Origin: Leptogorgia sarmentosa
Lineage: Eukaryota
Direction: 5' to 3'
DNA: 64,000 nucleotides
Assembly: GCA_964658305.1 (NCBI GenBank)
Contig: OZ210886.1
Coordinates: forward strand, 868,001-932,000
Shown: piece after piece, positions 13,601 to 25,580 of the stretch
Position numbering within the stretch: position 1 is the stretch's first letter
Layout of the letters: every line of letters starts with the position of its first letter
Translations under genes and position numbers: made by a program
The notes under the pieces: generated by a model
Told to the model about the DNA's origin: nothing
The model's input: the letters and a program-made list of their open reading frames with translations, nothing else
Databases searched by the model: none

Positions 13601-13860
13601 CCAATAAATTTGTTGTTGGTTATGCCGTGGTAAGAATTTTCACATAGTATTATTAAACACTGCCACAAAAGTTAGTGTTTTGCCCTAAAATCCATTAAAT
13701 CTCTGTTTCAGGACTATAATGAATATTTCAGGGATTTAAGTGTGAGTAAATGTTTTAATAGATTTATTTGATTAATTTTTTGCATTTTAAAATTGTCTTT
13801 CCTTCTTAACAGCACATCTGTGTTATTAACGATAAAGGAAAAGAAAAATTTCGTCAATAA
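10607..13860 (+). CDS. HPRT: Hypoxanthine-guanine phosphoribosyltransferase, copy 2 (11 exons)
   Basis: Exons 10607-10624, 11830-11933, 12066-12199, 12339-12388, 12497-12562, 12735-12752, 12889-12971, 13351-13400, 13583-13629, 13712-13741, 13813-13860. Same motifs as copy 1, open frame, ends HICVINDKGKEKFRQ-TAA. Confidence 0.95.
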
Positions 13861-15229
13861 TTGATCCTGTCACTTTCGATAAAGATTTATTGTAGTTTTT
13901 TTAACTTGACGTGATGTATTGTAATGGTTTTAACAAGTGCCGTAAAGTGAGCAAGAATCTTCACAACACCCCGTAAATTATTTTATGACGTAGCAATGAT
14001 TGAAATAGGTCTGAATATGATTTCAATAATTTGGATACGTGATTGCATCATGATTTTTTTGTAATGCCCAGCTCTTATCAATCGACACGAAGGTTGATTT
14101 GCTTACTGGGCTAGAATAAATAGGTGAGGTAATCTGCAGAACGGTGTATTCAAACTTGGTCACATATGTGTCAGTATATACATATAATTTATTGCACACA
14201 GGATCATTAAATATCTCTATGCGCAGAATGCTGGGAAGTGGGAAGCATGCATAATGTGAATAAACATACTTTTACGTCATGATTTGTCTTTCCTTGAGAC
14301 GTCTCAATATCATCCCTGCCATTTATCGTCTCCCATTTTCTTCGGTATATATACCACACCTTTCATTTGCCAAACCAAAATTTGGCATCGATTTTAACGC
14401 CTTCTCCAGTTTTTTATCCAGATCAGTGATAGATATAATGATAGCAGCCGGGGAGGGGGAGGGGGTGAGGGCGACTTGCCGAGTGCAAGAAAACCATGCC
14501 TATTCCGTCCTATATTCTATTCAAAAATAATTAAATCTATCGATCAGAAACGTTAGCAACGAGACCAAAGATCAAAGTGGTTGTTTAGTGATTTTTTATT
14601 TTTATTATTCAATAATACATTGAATTTTTACATGGTACATACATATAGATATCAGCAATTGACACATATATCACATCATTTTACAATATACAAATATTGA
14701 GGTATATTGTTGATCTACTTTCACATGCAATAGTTGTGACGCAGTCATATACACATCGTGTGGAAAGCAAACGCTTTTTAAAAAAAACAAAGCGTCTCCA
14801 AACACGAAAAAAAGCATGCAAAAAAGGTGATATTTCACCGAATGTGTTTAATTTTTTTTTTCACAAAAATTGAAATCTTTTGGCATAAAGATATTCAGAC
14901 TTGTGACGTTTAGCAATACAAACGCTCGGTTTCTTACATTTACCATTTTCTGAAACAATAAACATCCCAGGTTCAATGCGTTTCCGCTCTTCATTATAAC
15001 AACTCTTAAAGATCAATAACAGTGCTTTTACATTTACCAAAAAAAAACCCCGAAAAACGATTACCGTTTTCACGACACATCAAACAATGCGCAAAAACAA
15101 TGAGTGAAACAACTGCTAAAATGATAACTCCTAATGCTAATAGCGATTTATTTACCAAATTGCACTTGATATGTTTGTCAGTGACTGTACGTTTCATTAT
15201 GGTAATAAGTCAGTAGTTGCTGTATGAAT

Positions 15230-18200
15230 CTCAATCAATTCCTCTCTGTCGAAAGATGAATTCAAATATCATAAAGAGAATGGATGAAGCACAAAAACCG
15301 ACAAATTCTTTTGAAGTCTTGGACTAATCAAAGATACTAAATTCACAAGTGGAACTTTTTGACCGGGTGAATGTTCAAGATGGTATAAAGGCCAAGATAA
15401 CAATGTTACTCAATTCTTCTGTCTTGAAAGATGGTATAATTCAAAGAGAGAAAGAGGATGAATCAAAATAAGAAATAAAAACCGGAGGAAATTTTTTGAA
15501 TTACGCAAAAGTATTAACTTGACCAGTTGAACGACCGGGTGAATGTTCAAGATGGTATAAAGGCCAAGATAACAATGTAACTCAATTCTTCTCTCGTGAA
15601 AGATGGTATAATTCAATGAGAGAAAGAGGATGAATCAAAATAAGAAATAAAAACCGGAGGAAATTTTTTGAATTACGCAAAAGTATTAACTTGACAAGTT
15701 GAACGACCGGGTGAATGTTCAAGATGGTATAAAGGCCAAGATAACAATGTTACTCAATTCTTCTCTCATGAAAGATGGTATAATTCAAAGAGAGGAAGAG
15801 GATGGATCAAAATGAAAACCGAAGCAATTTTTTTCAATTACGCAAAAGTATTAACTTGACCAGTTGAACGGCCGGGTGAATGTTCAAGATGGTATAAAGG
15901 CCAAGATAACAATGTTACTCAATTCTTCTCTCATGAAAGATGGTATAATTCAAAGAGAGGAAGAGGATGGATCAAAATAAAAACCGAAGCAATTTTTTTC
16001 AATTACGCAAAAGTATTAACTTGACCAGTTGAACGGCCGGGTGAATGTTCAAGATGGTATAAAGGCCAAGATAACAATGTAACTCAATTCTTCTCTCGTG
16101 AAAGATGGTATAATTCAACGAGAGAAAGAGGATGAATTAAAATAAGAAATAAAAACCGGAGGAAATTTTTTGAATTGCGCAAAAGTATTAACTTGACCAG
16201 TTGAACTTTTTGACCGGGTGAATGTTCAAGATGGTATAAAGGCCAAGATAACAATGTAACTCAATTCTTCTCTCTTGAAAGATGGTATAATTCAAAGAGA
16301 GAAAGAGGATGAATCAAAATAAGAAATAAAAACCGGAGGAAATTTTTTGAATTACCCAAAAGTATTAACTTGACCAGTTGAACGACCGGGTGAATGTTCA
16401 AGATGGTATAAAGGCCAAGATAACAATGTAACTCAATTCTTCTCTCATGAAAGATGGTATAATTCAAAGAGAGAAAGAGGATGAATCAAAATAAGAAATA
16501 AAAACCGGAGGAAATTTTTTGAATTACGCAAAAGTATTAACTTGACCAGTTGAACGACCGGGTGAATGTTCAAGATGGTATAAAGGCCAAGATAACAATG
16601 TAACTCAATTCTTCTCTCGTGAAAGATGGTATAATTCAAAGAGAGAAAAAGGATGAATCAAAATAAGAAATAAAAACCGAAGGAAATTTTTTGAATTACG
16701 CAAAAGTATTAACTTGACCAGTTGAACGACCGGGTGAATGTTCAAGATGGTATAAAGGCCAAGATAACAATGTAACTCAATTCTTCTCTCGTGAAAGATG
16801 GTATAATTTAAAGAGAGAAAGAGGATGAATCAAAATAAGAAATAAAAACCGGAGGAAATTTTTTGAATTACGCAAAAGTATTAACTTGACCAGTTGAACG
16901 ACCGGGTGAATGTTCAAGATGGTATAAAGGCCAAGATAACAATGTAACTCAATTCTTCTCTCGTGAAAGATGGTATAATTTAAAGAGAGAAAGAGGATGA
17001 ATCAAAATAAGAAATAAAAACCGGAGGAAATTTTTTGAATTACGCAAAACTATTAACTTGACCAGTTGAACGACCGGGTGAATGTTCAAGATGGTATAAA
17101 GGCCAAGATAACAATGTAACTCAATTCTTCTCTCGTGAAAGATGGTATAATTCAATGAGAGAAAGAGGATGAATCACAATAAGAAATAAAAACCGGAGGA
17201 AATTTTTTGAATTACGCAAAAGTATTAACTTGACAAGTTGAACGACCGGGTGAATGTTCAAGATGGTATAAAGGCCAAGATAACAATGTTACTCAATTCT
17301 TCTGTCTTGAAAGATGGTATAATTCAAAGAGAGAAAGGGGATGAATCAAAATAAGAAATAAAAACCGGAGGAAATTTTTTGAATTACGCAAAAGTATTAA
17401 CTTGACCAGTTGAACTTTTTGACCGGGTGAATGTTCAAGATGGTATAAAGGCCAAGATAACAATGTAACTCAATTCTTCTCTCTTGAAAGATGGTATAAT
17501 TCAAAGAGAGAAAGAGGATGAATCAAAATAAGAAATAAAAACCGGAGGAAATTTTTTGAATTACGCAAAAGTATTAACTTGACCAGTTGAACGACCGGGT
17601 GAATGTTCAAGATGGTATAAAGGCCAAGATAACAATGTAACTCAATTCTTCTCTTGTGAAAGATGGTATAATTCAAAGAGAGGAAGAGGATGAATCAAAA
17701 TAAGAAATAAAAACCGGAGGAAATTTTCTGAATTACGCAAAACTATTAACTTGACCAGTTGAACGACCGGGTGAATGTTCAAGATGGTATAAAGGCCAAG
17801 ATAACAATGTAACTCAATTCTTCTCTCTTGAAAGATGGTGTAATTCAACGAGAGAAAGAGGATGAATCAAAATAAGAAATAAAAATCAGAGGAAATTTTT
17901 TGAATTACGCAAAAGTATTAACTTGAACAGTTGAACTTTTTGACCGGGTGAATGTTCAAGATGGTATAAAGGCCAAGATAACAATGTAACTCAATTCTTC
18001 TCTCTTGAAAGATGGTATAATTCAAAGAGAGAAAGAGGATGAATCAAAATAAGAAATAAAAACCGGAGGAAATTTTTTGAATTACGCAAAAGTATTAACT
18101 TGACCAGTTGAACGACCGGGTGAATGTTCAAGATGGTATAAAGGCCAAGATAACAATGTAACTCAATTCTTCTCTCGTGAAAGATGGTATAATTCAAAGA

Positions 18201-21200
18201 GCGAAAGAGGATGAATCAAAATAAGAAATAAAAACCGGAGGAAATTTTTTGAATTACGCAAAAGTATTAACTTCACCAGTTGAACGACCGGGTGAATGTT
18301 CAAGATGGTATAAAGGCCAAGATAACAATGTTACTCAATTCTTCTCTCATGAAAGATGGTATAATTCAAAGAGAGGAAGAGGATGGATCAAAATAAAAAC
18401 CGAAGCAATTTTTTTCAATTACGCAAAAGTATTAACTTGACCAGTTGAACGGCCGGGTGAATGTTCAAGATGGTATAAAGGCCAAGATAACAATGTAACT
18501 CAATTCTTCTCTCGTGAAAGATGGTATAATTCAACGAGAGAAAGAGGATGAATTAAAATAAGAAATAAAAACCGGAGGAAATTTTTTGAATTACGCAAAA
18601 GTATTAACTTGACCAGTTGAACTTTTTGACCGGGTGAATGTTCAAGATGGTATAAAGGCCAAGATAACAATGTAACTCAATTCTTCTCTCTTGAAAGATG
18701 GTATAATTCAAAGAGAGAAAGAGGATGAATCAAAATAAGAAATAAAAACCGGAGGAAATTTTTTGAATTACGCAAAAGTATTAACTTGACCAGTTGAACG
18801 ACCGGGTGAATGTTCAAGATGGTATAAAGGCCAAGATAACAATGTAACTCAATTCTTCTCTCATGAAAGATGGTATAATTCAAAGAGAGAAAGAGGATGA
18901 AACAAAATAAGAAATAAAAACCGGAGGAAATTTTTTGAATTACGCAAAAGTATTAACTTGACCAGTTGAACGACCGGGTGAATGTTCAAGATGGTATAAA
19001 GGCCAAGATAACAATGTAATTCAATTCTTCTCTCGTGAAAGATGGTATAATTCAAAGAGAGAAAAAGGATGAATCAAAATAAGAAATAAAAACCGAAGGA
19101 AATTTTTTGAATTACGCAAAAGTATTAACTTGACCAGTTGAACGACCGGGTGAATGTTCAAGATGGTATAAAGGCCAAGATAACAATGTAACTCAATTCT
19201 TCTCTCGTGAAAGATGGTATAATTTAAAGAGAGAAAGAGGATGAATCAAAATAAGAAATAAAAACCGGAGGAAATTTTTTGAATTACGCAAAAGTATTAA
19301 CTTGACCAGTTGAACGACCGGGTGAATGTTCAAGATGGTATAAAGGCCAAGATAACAATGTAACTCAATTCTTCTCCGGTGAAAGATGGTATAATTTAAA
19401 GAGAGAAAGAGGATGGATCAAAATGAAAACCGAAGCAATTATTTTCAATTACGCAAAAGTATTAACTTGACCAGTTGAACGACCGGGTGAATGTTCAAGA
19501 TGGTATAAAGGCCAAGATAACAATGTAACTCAATTCTTCTCTCGTGAAAGATGGTATAATTTAAAGAGAGAAAGAGGATGAATCAAAATAAGAAATAAAA
19601 ACCGGAGGAAATTTTTTGAATTACGCAAAACTATTAACTTGACCAGTTGAACTTTTTGACCGGGTGAATGTTCAAGATGGTATAAAGGCCAAGATAACAA
19701 TGTTACTCAATTCTTCTCTCGTGAAAGATGGTATAATTCAAACAGAGAAAGAGGATGAATCAAAATAAGAAATAAAAACCGGAGGACATTTTTTGAATTA
19801 CGCAAAAGTATTAACTTGACCAGTTGAACTTTTTGACCGGGTGAATGTTCAAGATGGTATAAAGGCCAAGAAAACAATGTTACTCAATTCTTCTCTCGTG
19901 AAAGATGGTATAATTCAAACAGAGAAAGAGGATAAATGAAAATAAGAAATAAAAACCGGAGGACATTTTTTGAATTACGCAAAAGTATTAACTTGACCAG
20001 TTGAACTTTTTGACCGGGTGAATGTTCGAGATGGTATAATGGCCAAGATAACAATGTTACTCGATTCTTCTCTCGTGAAAGATGGTATAATTCAAAAAGG
20101 AAAGAGGATGAATCAAAATAAGAAATAAAAACCGGAGGACATTTTTGAATTACGTAAAAGTATTAACTTGACCAGTTGAACGACCGGGTGAATGATCAAG
20201 ATGGTATAAAGGTCAAGATAACAATGTTACTCAATTCTTCTCTCGTGAAAGATGGTATAATTCAAAGAGAGAAAGAGGATGAATCAAAATAAGAAATAAG
20301 AACCAGAGGGCATTTTTTGAATTACCCAAAGGTATTAACTTGACCAGTTGAACGACCGGGTGAATGTTCAAGATGGTATAAAGGCCAAGATAACAATGTT
20401 ACTCAATTCTTCTCTCATGAAAGATGGTATAATTCAAAGAGAGGAAGAGGATGGATCAAAATAAAAACCGAAGCAATTTTTTTCAATTACGCAAAAGTAT
20501 TAACTTGACCAGTTGAACGGCCGGGTGAATGTTCAAGATGGTATAAAGGCCAAGATAACAATGTTACTCAATTCTTCTCTTATGAAAGATGGTATAATTC
20601 AAAGAGAGAAAGAGGATGGATCAAAATGAAAACCGAAGCAATTTTTTTCAATCACGCAAAAGTATTAACTTGACCAGTTGAACGGCCGGGTGAATGTTCA
20701 AGATGGTATAAAGGCCAAGATAACAATGTTACTCAACTCTTCTCTCATGAAAGATGGTATAATTCAAAGAGAGGAAGAGGATGGATCAAAATAAAAACCG
20801 AAGCAATTTTTTTCAATTACGCTAAAGTATTAACTTGACCAGTTGAACGGCCGGGTGAATGTTCAAGATGGTATAAAGGCCAAGATAACAATGTTACTCA
20901 ATTCTTCTCCCATGAAAGGTGGTATAATTCAAAGAGAGAAAGAGGATGGATCAAAATGAAAACCGAAGCATTTTTTTTCAATTACGCAAAAGTATTAACT
21001 TGACCAGTTGAACGGCCGGGTGAATGTTCAAGATGGTATAAAGGCCAAGATAACAATGTTACTCAATTCTTCTCTCATAAAAGATGGTATAATTCGAAGA
21101 GAGAAAGAGGATGGATCAAAATGAAAACCGAAGCAATTTTTTTCAATTACGCAAAAGTATTAACTTGACCAGTTGAACGGCCGGGTGAATGTTCAAGATG

Positions 21201-21600
21201 GTATAAAGGCCAAGATAACAATGTTACTCAATTCTTCTCTCATGAAAGATGGTATAATTCAAAGAGAGGAAGAGGATGGATCAAAATAAAAACCGAAGCA
21301 ATTTTTTTCAATTACTCAAAAGTATTAACTTGACCAGTTGAACGGCCGGGTGAATGTTCAAGATGGTATAAAAGCCAAGATAACAATGTTACTCAATTAT
21401 TCTCTCGTGAAAGATAGTATAATTCAAAGAGAAAAAGAGTATGGATGAAAATTGAAAAGAAGAGCTCGAGGGAACGTTTTGGATAAAAAAAGATAGTAAC
21501 TTGAGCAGTGGAACGTTTGGAGCGGGTGAATGTTCAAGATCGTGATAGGCCAATTTAGCCATGTCTTCTCGTCTGGAGGATGGTATAATCGAAGCAGAGA
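15230..21600. repeat. Satellite/tandem array, ~36 units of 172 bp (variants 165 and 177 bp), degenerate at both ends
   Basis: Core ccgggtgaatgttcaagatggtataaaggccaagataacaatg recurs from ~15363 to ~21347, with a diverged copy at ~21523 and a diverged partial unit at 15230-15360. Each unit holds the 12-mer aagatggtataa twice. Confidence 0.98.
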
Positions 21601-24229
21601 GAGCATTGAGTTTCAAGGAATTTGATTGAGGCAGTTTAAAGTCATGTAATTGTTGATTGTACTGTATTGTGTGTAAAGTGCGAGCCATTCGTTTGTTGGC
21701 TCTGTTGTGATGGACTCTGGTGGGCGGGAGCGTCCAATTTCCCGAGGTAGAATGTGGTAAATAAGCATTCTACTCCATGCCCGATTAACTGTATATGATG
21801 TTGCTGAGTGTATAATTTTCCTGTCCCGGGTGTAATAATGATGTAAACATTTAAATAGGTCAAATTTGAACTATTGAGTGCTTTTGGAAAACGCTGGTGT
21901 TTTTTAATTATTCAAATTTCCAATTGTCCTATGAGAGGATCAACTGCAATTGTAACATAATGTCGTGCGTCTTAATTATGCTGGAATAAATATAATTTAT
22001 TTTCCCTTGTTTTCACGCCTGTTTGTGTTTCATGGAAACGGTAAAAATTTTATTTGTATCGAATCTTTGACTCCTGAAGTCCCTAACATTGGACATGAAA
22101 AATTTTGGCGTTTACTTAATGTGAGCTTTTTTGATATGTTAATTGTTCCAAGATTCGAGATAATGAAGAGCGTGCAAATGTGCTTTCAAACAGAAACGAG
22201 ATTTTTCCTGGCATTTCACAGGTTTGGCACTATTTTTACTAGCAGAGAAATTGAGAAACCGTACATTTTTTACCAAGACAACACAATACCGAACGACTTT
22301 TTACCAACTGATTTCATGAAAATGTACTGTAAATAAAAATCACATTGAAATATGCCCTTGCTGGAATTTGAACCTTCAGAAAAAAATGTTTACCTCGTTT
22401 TTGAGGCTGAAATTCCGCTTACATTTTACCATTTTATTTTTATTTTGCTTTCCGTTTGATGTGTTTTAACTGCGCCATTCCCATTGTGACTATTTCCATA
22501 TTTTTTTAAAGAATAAATTGTGATGTTATTTCAGCGGCAATCATTTCATTATTCATAAATTTTTCTAATTGTTCATTGTTCACGAGTCTTGAAGATACTT
22601 CAATATTTATAATATCCTTTTTCCAGCTGCAGCATTATGTTCATCTGGCGTTTCAAATGCTTGTTAAAAACTTTCTTTTTGAAACCTTGTTTGTTTATCG
22701 CATACATTATCAGGTTTAATTCTAGATCCCATAGATAATTTTTTCTATGTCGCGTATTTTCGACGAAATGTGTTCAAAGCCCGAAACCTCTTTGGCGTTC
22801 CTCTCGAAATCAAATGATTCTATGATTATTGTCTCGACAAAACAGTTCGCTTTCTTACAAACTGTGTTTGGGGATTGAGAAACTAAAAGGAATATAAAAA
22901 TTACGACCGTTAATATTCGTATAACCAACCAAATGTAATTGAAGCCTTAATTTGGTTTCAGCAGTTTCAAACGTAATTTAATTCTCTTTCGCGTATACTC
23001 TCCAAAATCTTTTTATTCCCGTTTTATATCCTAAATCAGTATGAATCCTTCAAGCTTTTTGAGTGAGTCTGCCGACTGAGCCTCTGAGCGACTGTTCAAA
23101 GTTTCAGTCAAAGGAATATAAAGAAGGTGGATTACAAAATATGACCGCTTGGTCATATCCGTGAACCATGTGAATCAAAAGCTGCTAATTAGTGATATAT
23201 AATATATAATTATATGCTGTTGTAATACAACATGCTATCTATGATTCTTTGCTCCTAAGCATAAAACTAATTTGCTCCGAATAATAGCATCTCCGTGCAG
23301 TGGTGCTATAGAGGCTCTACAGGTGCATAGAGGATTTCAAAGGAGCTTTATTTTCAATGCTTTGCTAGGGACAGTAAATTTTTCATTGATGGTCGGGGTG
23401 GACTCGAGGTGTTTTTGTATAGCACAAGATTCAGGTCACTCAACATTTTGTCTCAGGATTTGAGTTACTAATAAAAGGGGATGCTATTATTCGGAGTTTT
23501 TCTACAATATTTTATAATTAATTCAAATTATATTCGACAAACCTCGTAGTTGTCTGCCCCTCAGTGAAATATTAATTTTCTTTTTATTCCAGCTTCCTTG
23601 TTGTAACTTTGTCTTTAACTAATGAAAAAAAGAAAAAGTTGATACACTAGCTATATCTATATACTTGGTGTTCAGTCAAATTGTATTCTTCATTTTGGGA
23701 CAATTCCCCTGTCTCGTAGAACAAATAAGTGAAACTTACAATTAATTCTTCCCAACCAGTTAATGGTAACTGAGTCCTTCCAAAACATCGTCAAAACAAT
23801 GCTAGTTTTTGTCATTTGCGACGAAGAATCATCACCAACTTCGTCGGTTAACTTGTTCCGGCTTTGCGCTGTTCGTTATTCTTCAGTTGTTCACAGCAAA
23901 CAGCTTGAAGTTGCTCTATCCGTCCACAACTTGACAAGAAATCTAGGTGATAAATAGAAAAATGTTATTAGTTACATTCGAAGAGGATTTGAACTTCTGA
24001 TTCAACAGTTTATTTACGCTAACGATACCCTTTCACGTACATTGAGGCGTAACTAATTACCATATCCTCCGATTTAGCGCATATGGCGAAATTTCACGAC
24101 AGATTTTGTCGCATTTTTCTCTTCCATTCGGACGGTTCTTTTCGAATAAAATACTTCAGTGGTATGAAAAACTCCATGATTTTCTTTATCGCATTTCGCG
24201 TTCTGTTCTTTTGTCAAAACAACAACGCA

Positions 24230-24297
24230 TCACTACTAATTCCCGACGAAGGCCCTTCGGTCGAAACGTCGAATCTGTTTTATCGTTTAGGTAGTGA
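24230..24297 (+). ncRNA. Minimal type I hammerhead ribozyme motif (Penelope-like element type), followed by a partial degenerate second copy at 24314-24358
   Basis: AUUC-CCGACGA-A-GGCC(CUUC)GGUC-GAAA-CGU-C^GAAU: stem I AUUC/GAAU, stem II GGCC/GGUC, palindromic ACGU stem III. Core is CCGANGA, a variant of CUGANGA. Outer helix ucacuac-uaa/uua-g-guaguga. Confidence 0.65.
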
Positions 24298-25580
24298 GAT
24301 TATCCTTGCTCTTCTTCGCTCGAAACATTGAATCTTTTTGTATCGTTTAGGTAGTGAGTAGAACCCTTCCAGCAATCAGAACTTTGATTTTCTGTTTGAG
24401 ATTAACTGAACTGTTTGAATTTTTAACAGTTCTAGACGACATAAGTTGTGACTATCAAAGTCGTCAATCAACTAATTATCTCAGCTTGCGCGCGCTCTTT
24501 TATAGATTTGCGCGACCAATTAACCAATTAACCAATTAACATTGTGACATCATCTAATTTCTTGCCAAATTTGGTGAGCCTATTATGACATCAATTGTTT
24601 TTTTTAATTAAGGGGGGATAGGGGGGATCTCAGCGACCAAGAGAGACAGCTATTTATTTGCAGTTAACCTCAGTAAAACAATACTAAACATATTAAACCT
24701 CATGTAGATTTCTAAGCTGACAATTTTGCTGTTCATAACCTGTTGTGCTTACATGAATATTATTGTTGAAAATCAGTATATTAAATCAGTGTATGTCTTT
24801 TGTTTCCGAAATCCGAAACGCACGATTTCGTTTATGGAGGTTTATCCGCCTTAGGCACCAAATTAGGCCTTGGGGGCATGGGTTCTAGAATGCCCTGGCT
24901 TGGGTATCTGCAGTGCGGAATGAGTTGATGCGCTGTAAATTTCGGTTATGTGTTATCTACATTTCGATAATTTAAAAAATATTTGCGCTAAACCAGTTGA
25001 CATAGATTTGAATTTTTCCCATGTACATGACCTTCAGATTTGGATTGTACCTACTACCTAGTGATTGTATTACTGCATCCCAGGTAACTGAGTGATAAAC
25101 ATGACCGTACACGTGGAATTATTGAGACAAATCTACACCAAAGTTAAATATGCTCGAAACTTGTTCTTAGTTAATGTGGGCAAGAGACAATAAGGAACAG
25201 TGTCCTGGGGCAAGAGGACGTTATGATTCATTTCAAAGCTATTACAATTCGCCACCATTTTCGCCATGCATTTTCCTTATTCTTGGGCAAAAGTTTAATT
25301 ATCTGATTGACGGGTATAGGGAAATCAGTATTTTCATTATGTTTTTTTTTTTGTGTATTTAAATGTATGCCAGCCCGCAAAAGCGGCACTTGTTGGGCGC
25401 ACAATTGATACCTGCCAAATTTCCTAGCTTTGCATGAGCCACAAGTAACGATTCTATTGGTGGAAAATAGAGCACTTGTCGCAATCTGATTGGCTACATG
25501 TTCCTCTTACATTTATTCAATCTGAGATTGATTCAGAAACTCAGATTATTCATTGTTGGTAGCCATATTATCTGGAAGTA

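Noticed and set aside
15410..19055. Repeated 64-68 aa ORFs (MNYTIFHERR...) as a multigene family, or the array as a CRISPR
   Set aside because: They are by-products of the 172-bp monomer (not a multiple of 3, TTG starts). There are no unique spacers or cas genes, and the context is eukaryotic.
20341..21400. 165-bp monomers equal 55 codons with a single TGA per unit in one plus frame (readthrough/selenoprotein repeat?)
   Set aside because: One stop in 55 codons in one of six frames is unremarkable; no start, splice or SECIS evidence; most monomers (172/177 bp) break the frame.
21900..23040. Protein-like stretches on the minus strand interrupted by stops and frameshifts
   Set aside because: Possibly a decayed gene or transposon, but no recognisable motif; cannot be supported without a translated homology search.
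25440..25495. ERSE elements in the PDIA4 promoter
   Set aside because: Two reverse CCAAT boxes are present, but neither has CCACG at the N9 spacing.
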